A stretch of 64,000 nt of DNA from a virus. Taxonomy: Duplodnaviria; Caudoviricetes. Positions 27,120 through 37,514 of this stretch are shown here, piece after piece. Positions within the stretch are counted from its first letter, which is position 1. Each line of letters starts with the position of its first letter. Position numbers and translations under genes: made by a program. Under the pieces are notes generated by a model that was not told the DNA's origin, did no database searches, and worked only from the letters and a program-made list of their open reading frames with translations. The stretch spans positions 73,763 to 137,762 of IMG/VR virus record IMGVR_UViG_3300037067_022526. One strand, written 5' to 3'.

Positions 27120-28050
27120 AATTTACGACTGTTCCAATTCGTCCGACAGACCACCGCATCGTGGTTATGGTGGTGCTGTTGAAAATGCCTGTGTTAGTAT
27201 GTTAAAGCAGAATGCTTATAAATTTGGATTTGAATTTGTTTCCGATCCAAATAAAGCAGACGTTTTGTTCACCAACGACGTATATCCTCAAAGTTTGTTG
27301 TATCTCAACAAACCTAGAGTGAAAAGAATGGACGGTATATATTGGCAATCTGATCTAAAAGAAAGAAATGGCAAATTAAGCGCTGCTGCCCTCCTGTCAG
27401 ATATGGTTATTTTCATCTCTGGCTTTAGTCAAAAATCCTATTTCAATATGTGTGGCCCCTTACAGTGCAGTAAAGTCGTATTAAACGCTGTCGATAATAA
27501 TGTATTTTATAGAATTACACCAAAAATTATCAAACAAAAACCTGAGGTCTGGGCAGCTGCTGCGACTCATTGGGAAAGACCAGAAAAAAGGCTGAAAAAT
27601 ATCTGTCAATTTGCCGAAATTATTCAAAAAGATAGAGCAATGCTTTATTTGGTGGGCGCTGTTCCTTCGGATATTGAACTGCCCTTTAACGTTATACCTC
27701 TAGGATATTTGTCTCCTATGGATTGGAATTTTGTTTTGAATTTGTCGGATGCTTTTATAAATTTATCTTATCGGGATGCCGCACCCAAAGTAGTATTGGA
27801 AGCTTGTCGTTGTGAATTACCAATTCTACTCGCAAACAGCGGCGGCGTTCCAGAATTGTGTGATGGAATAGAAATTGACGATCCAGCATCTGACTGGTAT
27901 GAGGACTCAGTGCCTCAACTGGATAAATCGAAAATTTCCGATGGATATCGTCTTATGTTGGAAAATTTTACAAACACGGCTAAAGTAGATCAAAATACTG
28001 ATCAAAAAATGCTTACTGGATATTTTGACACTTTCAGAGAACTGGTATGA
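27103..28050 (+). CDS. GT4 (GT-B) glycosyltransferase
   Basis: NAVD, EKR, DAAPKVVLEA, SGGVPEL. Confidence 0.8.
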   Translation: MTKKIKIYDCSNSSDRPPHRGYGGAVENACVSMLKQNAYKFGFEFVSDPNKADVLFTNDVYPQSLLYLNKPRVKRMDGIYWQSDLKERNGKLSAAALLSDMVIFISGFSQKSYFNMCGPLQCSKVVLNAVDNNVFYRITPKIIKQKPEVWAAAATHWERPEKRLKNICQFAEIIQKDRAMLYLVGAVPSDIELPFNVIPLGYLSPMDWNFVLNLSDAFINLSYRDAAPKVVLEACRCELPILLANSGGVPELCDGIEIDDPASDWYEDSVPQLDKSKISDGYRLMLENFTNTAKVDQNTDQKMLTGYFDTFRELV

Positions 28051-28478
28051 TCAAATTTTGGAGAACAACAGACAAATATGGTCCGCTGTCAAATTTCGCA
28101 CAATTTGGTTTTGTGTTAGACGGAAAATATTATCAAACAAGTGAGCATTACTATCAATCTCAAAAATCGTTAGACCCAGCAATTCAAGAAAAAATACGCA
28201 CTCAAAAAACTCCCAAATTATCCAAGCAATTAGCCTCGACAATTCAATTAAGGCCCGATTGGGAAGATATCAAATATCAAATTATGTTCAAAGCATTGAA
28301 AGCAAAATTCACCCAGACTGCTTCGCTCAAAGGTCTTCTGCTCGAAACAGGAGATGAGATTCTGGTTGAAGATAGTCCTTATGATTGTATATGGGGGTGT
28401 GGGCGCGATGGAACGGGCCAGAATCTCCTGGGAAAGTGCCTCACGGAAGTCAGAAACTGGCTTAGAGAATCATCTTGA
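28047..28478 (+). CDS. NADAR (YbiA-like) protein
   Basis: LSNF, TSEHYYQ, LLETGD, EDSPYDCIWG, NLLGK. Confidence 0.9.
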   Translation: MIKFWRTTDKYGPLSNFAQFGFVLDGKYYQTSEHYYQSQKSLDPAIQEKIRTQKTPKLSKQLASTIQLRPDWEDIKYQIMFKALKAKFTQTASLKGLLLETGDEILVEDSPYDCIWGCGRDGTGQNLLGKCLTEVRNWLRESS

Positions 28479-28502
28479 CAAATAATACATTTGAGGTATA
28501 AT
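28475..28502 (+). promoter_or_regulatory. sigma70-type promoter
   Basis: TTGACA-N16-TATAAT. Confidence 0.7.
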
Positions 28503-28520
28503 AGAAGAAGAGGACGAAGA

Positions 28521-28979
28521 ATGTATGCGCTTTATGCAGATGGGTCGTGTCAGCCCAATCCCGGTACTGGTGGCTGGGCCTATATATTAAAGTGCCCCGA
28601 TGGCACAGAACTGGTAGGTTCGGGATTTGAAAACGAATCTACCAACAACCGGATGGAGTTACGATCCGTCATTGAGGGATTGTATGTTTTTAAACAAACA
28701 GCGCCTGTCAACGAGCAATTGACCCTTATCTTGGATAGTAAATACGTTCTGGATGGTATTTCGATCTGGAGTAAAAAATGGGTAAAACAGGGTTGGATTA
28801 AGAAAAATGGAAAGCCAGTTTTAAATGAAAATTTATGGAAAGAACTAATCTTTCTCGCTTCGAATATCAAAATGAAGTTTGAGCACGTAAAAGGGCATAC
28901 CGGACATCCTGAAAACGAAAGATGCGACAAATTGGCGGTTCAGGCAGCAAAAAGAAGCATTGCAAAGGAGCAGAGATGA
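28521..28979 (+). CDS. rnhA: ribonuclease HI
   Basis: YADGSC, TNNRMEL, DSKYV, HVKGHTGHPENERCD. Confidence 0.93.
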   Translation: MYALYADGSCQPNPGTGGWAYILKCPDGTELVGSGFENESTNNRMELRSVIEGLYVFKQTAPVNEQLTLILDSKYVLDGISIWSKKWVKQGWIKKNGKPVLNENLWKELIFLASNIKMKFEHVKGHTGHPENERCDKLAVQAAKRSIAKEQR

Positions 28980-29323
28980 AATTCATTCGAAAATCTTCGG
29001 CCACCAGAAATAAATCGCTTTTTCCTAGATACTATTGTTCCGGGAACGGATACGATACATGGGAGATTGATATTTTGCAGGGACATCGAAGAACAGAAAG
29101 TCTTGCTAAGTTTCGGGTAGTCAAATCGGGTGATAATTTGTCCATTGAACGCAATGTAATTAATAAACCCAATAAAACATTTCCAGTTACATCCCTAAAA
29201 AATACAGATAAAATGTCTGTATCAGAAGAGGTAATGTTTCGAACAGCATATTGTGAGGCACAAGTTCTTGCGATAGAATATACCAGAAAAATACAAGAGA
29301 AATATACAAGTGAGACACGATGA
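28976..29323 (+). CDS. hypothetical protein
   Basis: RBS aaggag, ATGA overlaps. Confidence 0.55.
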   Translation: MKFIRKSSATRNKSLFPRYYCSGNGYDTWEIDILQGHRRTESLAKFRVVKSGDNLSIERNVINKPNKTFPVTSLKNTDKMSVSEEVMFRTAYCEAQVLAIEYTRKIQEKYTSETR

Positions 29324-30327
29324 GCAGAGATTTTTATGAGATATTAGGTGTTTCAAAATCTGCTTCTCAAGATGAAATTAAAAGTGCTTATCGAAAACTC
29401 GCCAAAGAATGGCATCCCGATAAGCACTCCGAGGATAAGAAAAAAGAAGCAGAAATTAAATTTAAAGAAATTGCTGCAGCTTATGAAACGCTAATTGATT
29501 CTGATAAAAGGCAGAAATACGACCAATTTGGGGAAGATGGAAATAAGTTTACATCTGGATGGAGTTCTCATGTTGATATAGACGATATGGGATTTGGATT
29601 CTTTGGAAGGCGAAAACCCCAGAGGGGAGAAGATATAAAAATACTTGTTCCCCTAACCCTGGAAGAGTCTGCCACTGGCATTACTAAAACCATAGATGTT
29701 CCCCGAAATGATATATGCGACAAATGCAAGGGTGCCGGTGGCACAGGATCTGCCTGTTCCGCGTGTGGAGGACAGGGTCGGGTTCAACAGAAACATCCTA
29801 TGGGAATATCTATATCAACCTGTCCAGCTTGTTGGGGCGAAGGAGTCAGAATCACAACGCAATGTCCTAATTGCTCTGGTGCAGGATATACTACATCATC
29901 TAAGCAAATCGAAATTAAAATACCACCCGGAGTTGATACGGGCGAAGCAATTTTAATTCAACACGAGGGACACAGAAGTATTTATGATACTCCAAGAGGC
30001 CACGTTTATTTTGTGATGAAAATAAGTTCACATCCCAATTTTACTAGGGATAATATCACAATACGATCCCGTGCTAAAATTCCCATAACTACGGCAATAC
30101 TTGGGGGGAAGATACCAGTAAATACCATCTATGGAACTCAAATGGAATTAAAAATACCGCCAGGAACTCAGCCATCGGCAACTTTCCGAATGAAGGGTAA
30201 AGGGATAAAGAAGAACAATCTCATAGGTGATCATCTTATAGAAGTGCAGGTTGAAATACCTCAGAAAATGTCCGATGAAGCTAAAGACGCATTCCAAAAG
30301 TTTGCCAATATCTATAAGAAACGGTAG
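29320..30327 (+). CDS. dnaJ: DnaJ chaperone
   Basis: J domain with HPD, four CxxCxGxG repeats, C-terminal domain. Confidence 0.93.
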   Translation: MSRDFYEILGVSKSASQDEIKSAYRKLAKEWHPDKHSEDKKKEAEIKFKEIAAAYETLIDSDKRQKYDQFGEDGNKFTSGWSSHVDIDDMGFGFFGRRKPQRGEDIKILVPLTLEESATGITKTIDVPRNDICDKCKGAGGTGSACSACGGQGRVQQKHPMGISISTCPACWGEGVRITTQCPNCSGAGYTTSSKQIEIKIPPGVDTGEAILIQHEGHRSIYDTPRGHVYFVMKISSHPNFTRDNITIRSRAKIPITTAILGGKIPVNTIYGTQMELKIPPGTQPSATFRMKGKGIKKNNLIGDHLIEVQVEIPQKMSDEAKDAFQKFANIYKKR

Positions 30328-30342
30328 AAGGTGATTTAAAAT

Positions 30343-30382
30343 AACCGCGAGTGGAATTCTAGCAATTTTCCGCCCGCGGTTT
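30343..30382. terminator. hairpin between convergent dnaJ and sigma genes
   Basis: AACCGCGAGTGGAA...TTCCGCCCGCGGTT. Confidence 0.55.
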
Positions 30383-30422
30383 CTTTAGATGTGCATCTTT
30401 TTTGAGTCTGCTAGTTTGGTGC

Positions 30423-31175
30423 TCATTCCAGAGTTGGATCTGCCTTCATATATTGGCGTAATTTATTAACCCCGTCCGCTTGTATTTGTCGTATTCGTTC
30501 CTTAGATAAGTTATAAATTTGGCTAACTATTTCTAGAGTATTTTTCGTATCAGTGAACCTGAGACCAATTATTGCCCGCTCTCTACTGGTTAAATTGGCA
30601 GAGATAAGAGCAGATTCTAATCTATCTTTATATAGTTCTAAATTCTCATCTTCTTGTTTCTCAATAGGATCAAATTCGGATATATCGAGAGCATTGTGTT
30701 TGTTGTGTTGTCTCGCGGCGGCATTAAAACGGTATAGGATTGATCGGCATGCGTAAGTACTGAATTTAAATCCTCGCCACGGATCAAACGATTCTGCTGC
30801 AGATATCAGCGCCAAAGAACCATCGCTAACAAGCGTATCTCTATCAACTCCATTCACTGATGTTTTCTGGATACAGTCATAAACTAACGACATGTTGGCT
30901 GTTATTATACGATTGCGAATTATATCTGTAACTTTTTTCCAGAAGAATGTATCTCTATTTTCCTGCATTTCACAATATAGCCTCCATTTAGCGTAGTGAA
31001 ATGCCTTAAAGTAAATTATTTCATCTTTTACTACTTCGTCTGGATATGATAATGAAATTGAATTTTCGCTGATACCAATTGGCGATAAAAAAATCGATGA
31101 AGCATTGGGGTTCTGGAATTCTGCCACCGCACTTTTGTTGAACTTAATTGTGTTCGACTCATTTGTTTTACTCAT
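30423..31175 (-). CDS. sigma-70 family sigma factor
   Basis: region 2 ANMSLV and FDPWRGFKFSTYA; region 4 TLEIVS...LSKERIRQIQ. Confidence 0.88.
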   Translation of the reverse strand: MSKTNESNTIKFNKSAVAEFQNPNASSIFLSPIGISENSISLSYPDEVVKDEIIYFKAFHYAKWRLYCEMQENRDTFFWKKVTDIIRNRIITANMSLVYDCIQKTSVNGVDRDTLVSDGSLALISAAESFDPWRGFKFSTYACRSILYRFNAAARQHNKHNALDISEFDPIEKQEDENLELYKDRLESALISANLTSRERAIIGLRFTDTKNTLEIVSQIYNLSKERIRQIQADGVNKLRQYMKADPTLE

Positions 31176-31182
31176 AGTGGGC

Positions 31183-31266
31183 ATTATACCACATTGGCAC
31201 CGGATGTCAAGACATTTTAGGATTCATGGGTTTTTTGATTGACAAATGCCTATTTAGTGGTATACT
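31183..31266. promoter_or_regulatory. divergent sigma70-type promoters for sigma factor and rtcB
   Basis: minus TTGACA-N16-TATAAT (31210-31183); plus TTGACA-N16-TATACT (31239-31266). Confidence 0.75.
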
Positions 31267-31273
31267 GTGCTAT

Positions 31274-32638
31274 ATGAAAGCAAAAGAATTGTTAAACATC
31301 GGGTACAAAGAAGGTCCGGTAATTGGAATCGCCCTAAAGGCGACTCAAAATGCCAAGGCACACGGTATGCACGCTCAAGAAATTAGAGATATTGTGCGCT
31401 ACATTCTGTCTGACCCATCGACCTATTTGAATCACCCCCAATTGGGGATTATTGCACAATATTTAGAATCACAAAAGCGACCTGCATACGATTTTTCTGA
31501 TAAAGAATTTTCAATATTCGGGAAAGAACTAGTTGATGAAAATACGCTAGAGCAAATGAAAAATTGCATGAGATTGCCAATCTCAGTCGCAGGGGCAACG
31601 ATGCCTGACGCACATGTCGGGTATGGTTTGCCGATCGGTGGAGTTTTAGCAACTGATAATTCGATAATACCTTTTGCCGTCGGGGTCGATATAGCCTGTC
31701 GTATGATGCTTACAGTGTTGCCAATGCCAGCGTCAGATATTGGTAAATATCGAGATGATTTTCATAAATTAATTGGGAAGCACACTCGATTCGGATTGGG
31801 AGCATCATATGAAAATAAATTAGAGCACGAAGTAATGGATGATGACTGGAGTTTTTCTCCCATAGTTAAACAGGTAAAAGATTTGGCCTGGGAACAGCTT
31901 GGAACTCAGGGCGGAGGCAACCATTTCTGTGATGTTGGAGAAATAGATCTGGCCGGAAATAAATATATTGCAATAATTACTCATTCTGGTTCTCGCGGTC
32001 CCGGAAATAAAATTGCAACTTACTATTCTGATTTGGCTAAATCTTTACGTCCATTTTTGCCAAATGAATATAAACACTTGGCCTGGTTGGATATGGATAG
32101 CGATGAAGGAGTTGAGTATTGGCGCGCAATGCACCTAATGGGTAGATATGCATCTGCGAGCCATCACTTAACACATGAGGGTTTTCTGAGTGGACTAAAA
32201 GTAGAGCCACTTCTACAAGTTGAGAATCACCACAATTTCTGCTGGAAAGAAATTGTAAATGGACGCGAACTTTATGTTCATCGAAAGGGTGCTACTCCTG
32301 CCCAATCAGGAGTACTGGGGATAATACCCGGAAGCATGGCTACGCCGGGGTTTTTAGTAAAAGGTAAAGGCAATTTATTGTCTCTTAATTCCGCTTCTCA
32401 CGGAGCAGGGAGAGCCAAAAGTCGTAAAGCCACCAAAGAATCTACTCGATGGAGCCACGTCAGAGCAATGCTCAAAGAGCGTGGCGTGGAATTGCTTGGA
32501 GCAGGATTGGATGAGGCACCAACTGGCTACAAGCCAATTCGGGATGTCATGAATGCTCAGAAAGATTTGGTTGAAATCATAGCTGAGTTCACGCCTCGTA
32601 TCGTAATGATGGCAGAAGACGGGTCTTCTGAAGATTAA
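31274..32638 (+). CDS. rtcB: RtcB RNA ligase
   Basis: MPDAHVGYG, VGVDIAC, GGGNHF, HHN, HRKGAT, SHGAGR. Confidence 0.93.
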   Translation: MKAKELLNIGYKEGPVIGIALKATQNAKAHGMHAQEIRDIVRYILSDPSTYLNHPQLGIIAQYLESQKRPAYDFSDKEFSIFGKELVDENTLEQMKNCMRLPISVAGATMPDAHVGYGLPIGGVLATDNSIIPFAVGVDIACRMMLTVLPMPASDIGKYRDDFHKLIGKHTRFGLGASYENKLEHEVMDDDWSFSPIVKQVKDLAWEQLGTQGGGNHFCDVGEIDLAGNKYIAIITHSGSRGPGNKIATYYSDLAKSLRPFLPNEYKHLAWLDMDSDEGVEYWRAMHLMGRYASASHHLTHEGFLSGLKVEPLLQVENHHNFCWKEIVNGRELYVHRKGATPAQSGVLGIIPGSMATPGFLVKGKGNLLSLNSASHGAGRAKSRKATKESTRWSHVRAMLKERGVELLGAGLDEAPTGYKPIRDVMNAQKDLVEIIAEFTPRIVMMAEDGSSED

Positions 32639-33594
32639 TATACAGCGTAAGGCAAATTAAATGCAGCACCGTATTGCAATAGCATGTTTTCTAGATACAC
32701 ATTGAGAGGCCCATTAGATTGCATTGTATCGACTGAATTCCCACATTGATTTTTTGGTTCCGGGCTCAGTATTGGACTAGGTATACTGACTTTTGCCTTA
32801 TTCCAGTTGTTCGCTCCAATATCTTCTATTAGAATTTTTCTAATCTCCTCATCTGATGGAACAGCAACATTCGGATCTATAACAAAATTAAGTCCCATTC
32901 TATTTGTCCACTCTCTAATTCGGCGTATGGGTATTATCAAGTTAAAAGTTTCACCGCCACCACGAACAAGCATTCCGACGTATTCTCCATTTTCTTCGAG
33001 GAAAATGCCACCGCCAGATGACCCCGGCAAAGCAGTGCAGCTTGTCTGGTCATAGATTTTTCCATCATATATTCTACCAATAGAATTAATAATACCATTA
33101 GTCAGAGAATTGCTTCCGAATTCACCCCGTAGCGATCCAACATGATATAGCCTTGTTCCTATCTTGGGTATATCATTGCTCAAATAAAATGTGGCGCTCT
33201 CTGTTGCGAAATTTTTCTTTATGATTTGCAACAACGCCAAATCTTCTCCGCTGTCAGCATTTGAGTATGAGATTACTTTTGCAGTCATCTCCACTTGTCC
33301 CACTTTTCTGCCGTCTTCGTATACATTTTGAATTATACTTGCATCATTAAATTCAACAACAGTCCGATCCATCCCTGAATCTATCACGGATCTGGTTTTT
33401 CGCAGAGATGAAACCACATGCCCCGCTGTTAGAACGAAATTATATTCACCTCGTTTAACAATAACACCCGAGCCCTCACTTCCTCCGGCTTTGATTGTCA
33501 CAGAGACAGATTGTAATTTTTCTGCCACTGTATCCGCAATTGTAACCAAAGGAAAAACTAACAGTAAAAATATCCCAATTAGAGTTTTAGACAT
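32635..33594 (-). CDS. secreted trypsin-like (S1) serine protease
   Basis: signal peptide; TAGH, DLALL, GSSGGG. Confidence 0.85.
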   Translation of the reverse strand: MSKTLIGIFLLLVFPLVTIADTVAEKLQSVSVTIKAGGSEGSGVIVKRGEYNFVLTAGHVVSSLRKTRSVIDSGMDRTVVEFNDASIIQNVYEDGRKVGQVEMTAKVISYSNADSGEDLALLQIIKKNFATESATFYLSNDIPKIGTRLYHVGSLRGEFGSNSLTNGIINSIGRIYDGKIYDQTSCTALPGSSGGGIFLEENGEYVGMLVRGGGETFNLIIPIRRIREWTNRMGLNFVIDPNVAVPSDEEIRKILIEDIGANNWNKAKVSIPSPILSPEPKNQCGNSVDTMQSNGPLNVYLENMLLQYGAAFNLPYAVY

Positions 33595-33626
33595 GACTGG
33601 TCTCCTTTGTATGGGCCTTCTATGAA

Positions 33627-35528
33627 TTATACCTGACGATACACGTCAAGTTCTCCGGAGTCTATCATATTCTTGACAATTTGTTCAGCCTGCTCTTCTG
33701 TTAATAATGGATTTTTTATCTGTTCATCTCTAATTTTGTTTCTAACGAATTGTATGTAGCCAATCCTTCCTTCTGGTGGTCGCCCTGGTTCAATACCAAC
33801 AATAGACTGGACCCGTTCTCTGGATAGTATCTGAGGTAAAAACGATTTGGCAATTTCTACAGCCTTTGTTTTTTGCTCATCGACCGATAAAACCTGGGCA
33901 ATTCCAAAGTTTCTATACTGTGCCTGCCGTATGGCATTCATTATCTCGCCTATTATTTTGCCCGGCTTAATACCGAGCAATCGTTGAATTTCATTCCCGT
34001 TCAACAATATTGGTAAATTTATCTTTTCAATTCTCTGAATTGTTTTATCGTATTCGCGGGCTTCGCCCATATCTGGCTGTTCGTGCTTAGACATCGCATC
34101 AGCCATGGCGTGAATATATATTATTTTCCAAAGCGGGTTTTTGTCCTTAAACTCCGCTATTTGGGCTGCATTATCTCGATTTCTAATATGGTCATGAGGC
34201 TGCATATGAGATGAAATAATACCACTAACGGATGATTTTTCTTGGTTTGACATCCTCATTGCATCAGAAAATCTGCTCCAGATTTCGTTACTAGATTCCT
34301 CGTGAGACATTTTCTGCCCTTTCGGCAGATTGGGATTCCCGGAGTATCCGATTTCTCCAGTTGGCTTTACCTTCTGTGTCCGTGGATCAAGTTTCCCAAA
34401 ATCGTGAAATAATGAAGCCATATTAAGCAGCATTCTTTCCATTGGAGAAAGATTATATTGTTTAGCTAATTTATTGGCGTTCTTAAGCACTCTAAGGGTA
34501 TGATTGATTAAATTCATGCTGTGATGCACATTTCTCTGATCCATGTGTAATGGATTAAATGATTGCGGCAAACGAAGCATATTAGATAAAAGCCCGCATT
34601 GGTACATAATTCTCATGGCATCTGCAGGACGATCCCCAGACATGATTTTCCTAAATTCGTCTGCTATCTTTTCTACGACTATGCCCTTCGACGCAGGATC
34701 GAACATTTTATTGGTCAGTAATTTTTGTGCGTTTTCATCAAACATGGATTCTTTTGTTGGTTCGTCTAATATCGCTTGAGAATATTTACTAAAGAATCGA
34801 AGAACCCTCAACAGCCTCGTTGGATCATCTATGAATATACGCCGAGCCTCTATTTGTTGCCAATCATCATCACTAATATTATCGGGTTTTCCACCGTCAT
34901 ACCCAGCAGGGATTGAGGGTGTTCTTAGCTTCATTTGGGCCAAATCAGGAAATCCACCGGTATAATCTTCTATTGTATTTTCATTTAAATTATAGAACAT
35001 GGCGTTAATAGTCAGATCTCTCCTGAACGCATCATCCCAGGGTTTGCCCGGGACAACGATCGGATTTCTCACTAGTTTTTCTCCGGTATTTGGATCTGTC
35101 CAAATTTCTTTTCTTAAACTTACTACGTCAATCGGCAATCCAAATATAGAGATTTGTCCGGCTGCAATTCGTTTGACTTGTTCATCTTTGGTCCGGAACT
35201 CTGCATTTAATATTCTAACATAATTTTGTGCTGTCCCAAATTTTCGATCCGCAAAACTTTTTAGTCCGTTAACAAAATCTATACCGGAAACTGAATCCAC
35301 GGTTATGTCAATATCTTTAGGATTTGTGGTCGATTTAATATCTGGCCTGGCTATGGGCAATAGTTTATCCCTCGTCCATCCTCCGGCCACTCTTACAATC
35401 GGATGAGATGGCATGGTTTGCACTGCTTCAAGAATGAAATTAAAAACTTTTTGTTCCTCGGGAGTCCGCGAAATCTGTATTCCTTCCAAGATGGGTCCGT
35501 TGATTTTGTTACTTAAAATCTTTAACAT
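33627..35528 (-). CDS. cca: CCA-adding tRNA nucleotidyltransferase with HD domain
   Basis: AGGWTRD, DID, RRDLTINAM, DDPTRLLR, LFHDFGK. Confidence 0.85.
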   Translation of the reverse strand: MLKILSNKINGPILEGIQISRTPEEQKVFNFILEAVQTMPSHPIVRVAGGWTRDKLLPIARPDIKSTTNPKDIDITVDSVSGIDFVNGLKSFADRKFGTAQNYVRILNAEFRTKDEQVKRIAAGQISIFGLPIDVVSLRKEIWTDPNTGEKLVRNPIVVPGKPWDDAFRRDLTINAMFYNLNENTIEDYTGGFPDLAQMKLRTPSIPAGYDGGKPDNISDDDWQQIEARRIFIDDPTRLLRVLRFFSKYSQAILDEPTKESMFDENAQKLLTNKMFDPASKGIVVEKIADEFRKIMSGDRPADAMRIMYQCGLLSNMLRLPQSFNPLHMDQRNVHHSMNLINHTLRVLKNANKLAKQYNLSPMERMLLNMASLFHDFGKLDPRTQKVKPTGEIGYSGNPNLPKGQKMSHEESSNEIWSRFSDAMRMSNQEKSSVSGIISSHMQPHDHIRNRDNAAQIAEFKDKNPLWKIIYIHAMADAMSKHEQPDMGEAREYDKTIQRIEKINLPILLNGNEIQRLLGIKPGKIIGEIMNAIRQAQYRNFGIAQVLSVDEQKTKAVEIAKSFLPQILSRERVQSIVGIEPGRPPEGRIGYIQFVRNKIRDEQIKNPLLTEEQAEQIVKNMIDSGELDVYRQV

Positions 35529-35627
35529 TTGTTCTTACTCTTAATAATTAAAACTATTGAAGGGAATAACCTTTTCAGAATGGTAATATTAATACAGGAA
35601 ACCACTATAGTAAAATTAGGAGTTTAT

Positions 35628-36020
35628 ATGCCACCAAAAGAAGAAACTAACGCTCTTCATTTAATATCAGATATTTTAGATAAACTTATTGAAGCCCAGC
35701 AAAAGAATGCAGATACTAACGCATCTGTGTCTGTTTTGCTTGATGAAACAGTAGAATCTGTCAGGCATATCAAATCGTTGTTTACTAATGGTTTTCGGTC
35801 TGAAATCAAGGGACATATTACACAAGAGTCTGAAAAGGTTATTCAAAATCAATCCAAAATTCTAGATAGTATTGAAACGTCCAATAACAATATCATGAAA
35901 GTGTACGATGCCCTTTCCAAGCCATGGTATTGGATTAAATTATTTGGAACAATGTTAGGTGCCATTGCTATCATAATTACAGCCGTGTGGAAATCTCTAG
36001 ATTTTTTGGGAATTAAATAA
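35628..36020 (+). CDS. coiled-coil protein with C-terminal TM helix
   Basis: RBS aggag; hydrophobic C-terminus. Confidence 0.55.
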   Translation: MPPKEETNALHLISDILDKLIEAQQKNADTNASVSVLLDETVESVRHIKSLFTNGFRSEIKGHITQESEKVIQNQSKILDSIETSNNNIMKVYDALSKPWYWIKLFGTMLGAIAIIITAVWKSLDFLGIK

Positions 36021-36427
36021 TGTTACATATTTTTAAAAAAGTTGCAGATATCAGTATTAACACAATTATAATAACAGACTACGATGGCAATATAACCTAC
36101 GTGAATGACGCATTTACGGAAACCACCGGATATACGTTCGAGGAAGTTCAGGGTAAAAATCCAAGAATAATCAAAGGCGGACACCTTACAGAAGATTATT
36201 ATAAAGAAATGTGGGATGCCCTAAAAAGCGGAGAAGAGTGGTCCGGAGAATTCTTAAACAAAGACAAATTCGGTGATGAGTATTGGACATTTTCTCGGAT
36301 TGCACCTGTTCTAGATGTTGATGGATCAATTTATTTTATAGCAGTTCAACAAGACATAACTAAAATTAGAGATCTAGAAGATAAACTGGTTATGCTTTCT
36401 AGCAAAGCAGAACAAATTTGCCAATAG
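36020..36427 (+). CDS. stand-alone PAS domain protein
   Basis: ITDYDGNITYVNDAF, TGY...GKNPRI, WSGEF, QDIT. Confidence 0.85.
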   Translation: MLHIFKKVADISINTIIITDYDGNITYVNDAFTETTGYTFEEVQGKNPRIIKGGHLTEDYYKEMWDALKSGEEWSGEFLNKDKFGDEYWTFSRIAPVLDVDGSIYFIAVQQDITKIRDLEDKLVMLSSKAEQICQ

Positions 36428-36433
36428 GAATTC

Positions 36434-37453
36434 TCAAGAAACCATAATCAGTGGTATTTGCGCTCCATTTAACTCTCCAGAATGAACATATTTATCCTTA
36501 CGGTTGGCGTCCTGTCTTCGTCCCTTCGACATAATTTGTTTAAACAATTCGGGCAGTGCCAGATAGACTGTTAATGTAGCATCTGGTTTTTCGTTATAAA
36601 ATTCCGGAGTATTAGGATCAACTATTATATCTTGTTCTATGCGGCCACCAGCGCCGATAGACGCTTTATCACAAGCATCATAATCAAGTGAATGATTTGT
36701 TATGACAGTAGTATCGGGCGAATTAACAAAACATTCGATTTGTTCTTCGACTTCTGCAATATCTGCATTATTGCATTTAGGTAAAGTGAACTCTGGAACT
36801 GTAATTGTTGATGATGTATGAACATAACCACCAGTGGTAGCAATCGACCGCGTTTGCGCGCGGTTCGAATTTATTTGCCAGTTCTGCGGCGTGTGCAATG
36901 GCGAGAACCACATAGGATTTCCTAAAGAATAACTCGTTCTGTCAATACGCCCATCAACAATTTCTGGTTCCCATGCTGCTCGTTTAGGTAGAAAGAACGC
37001 AAATCCCAAAGCATGTGAATCTTGCAATTCAACGGGCAATAGATATTCGTTAACCGCTAATCCGATACCAGCTTTAGTTACTATGAATTGATATACTTTG
37101 CCTTCTTTCACATATCCATCTATCCATTTTTGTCGAGGTAAAACAAGATAATTCTGCTTGGGATCTTTCTTGACTCCATCTTTAATGTTGCAAGATTCTC
37201 CGGTTATAGGATTAACTCTCTGAACAGATGGAATGACAGCGCTTGACCAGTTACCTCGAAAATCAATCCAAAATGGGTCTCCCTCTTTAACTGGAATGAA
37301 TATACCGTTATTGGTCCATTCCTCTGGGCAAAAATAATCTGCTACTCTAAATTCGTTAAATGGACCATAATCTGGCGGAAGGACATTCGCTTCAGGACTT
37401 ATCTCTACGACTTTTGTTTGCCGTATGCTCACATAAAAATTATTTGCTTTCAC
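36434..37453 (-). CDS. conserved hypothetical protein
   Basis: LPPDYGPF, QNYLVLPRQKWIDG, GAGGRIEQDI. Confidence 0.65.
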   Translation of the reverse strand: MKANNFYVSIRQTKVVEISPEANVLPPDYGPFNEFRVADYFCPEEWTNNGIFIPVKEGDPFWIDFRGNWSSAVIPSVQRVNPITGESCNIKDGVKKDPKQNYLVLPRQKWIDGYVKEGKVYQFIVTKAGIGLAVNEYLLPVELQDSHALGFAFFLPKRAAWEPEIVDGRIDRTSYSLGNPMWFSPLHTPQNWQINSNRAQTRSIATTGGYVHTSSTITVPEFTLPKCNNADIAEVEEQIECFVNSPDTTVITNHSLDYDACDKASIGAGGRIEQDIIVDPNTPEFYNEKPDATLTVYLALPELFKQIMSKGRRQDANRKDKYVHSGELNGAQIPLIMVS

Positions 37454-37514
37454 GTTTTAATCTCCAAAATAGCACCAGAGGAGATTGCTCTCCCCTGGTG
37501 CTTGTTATTCACAT

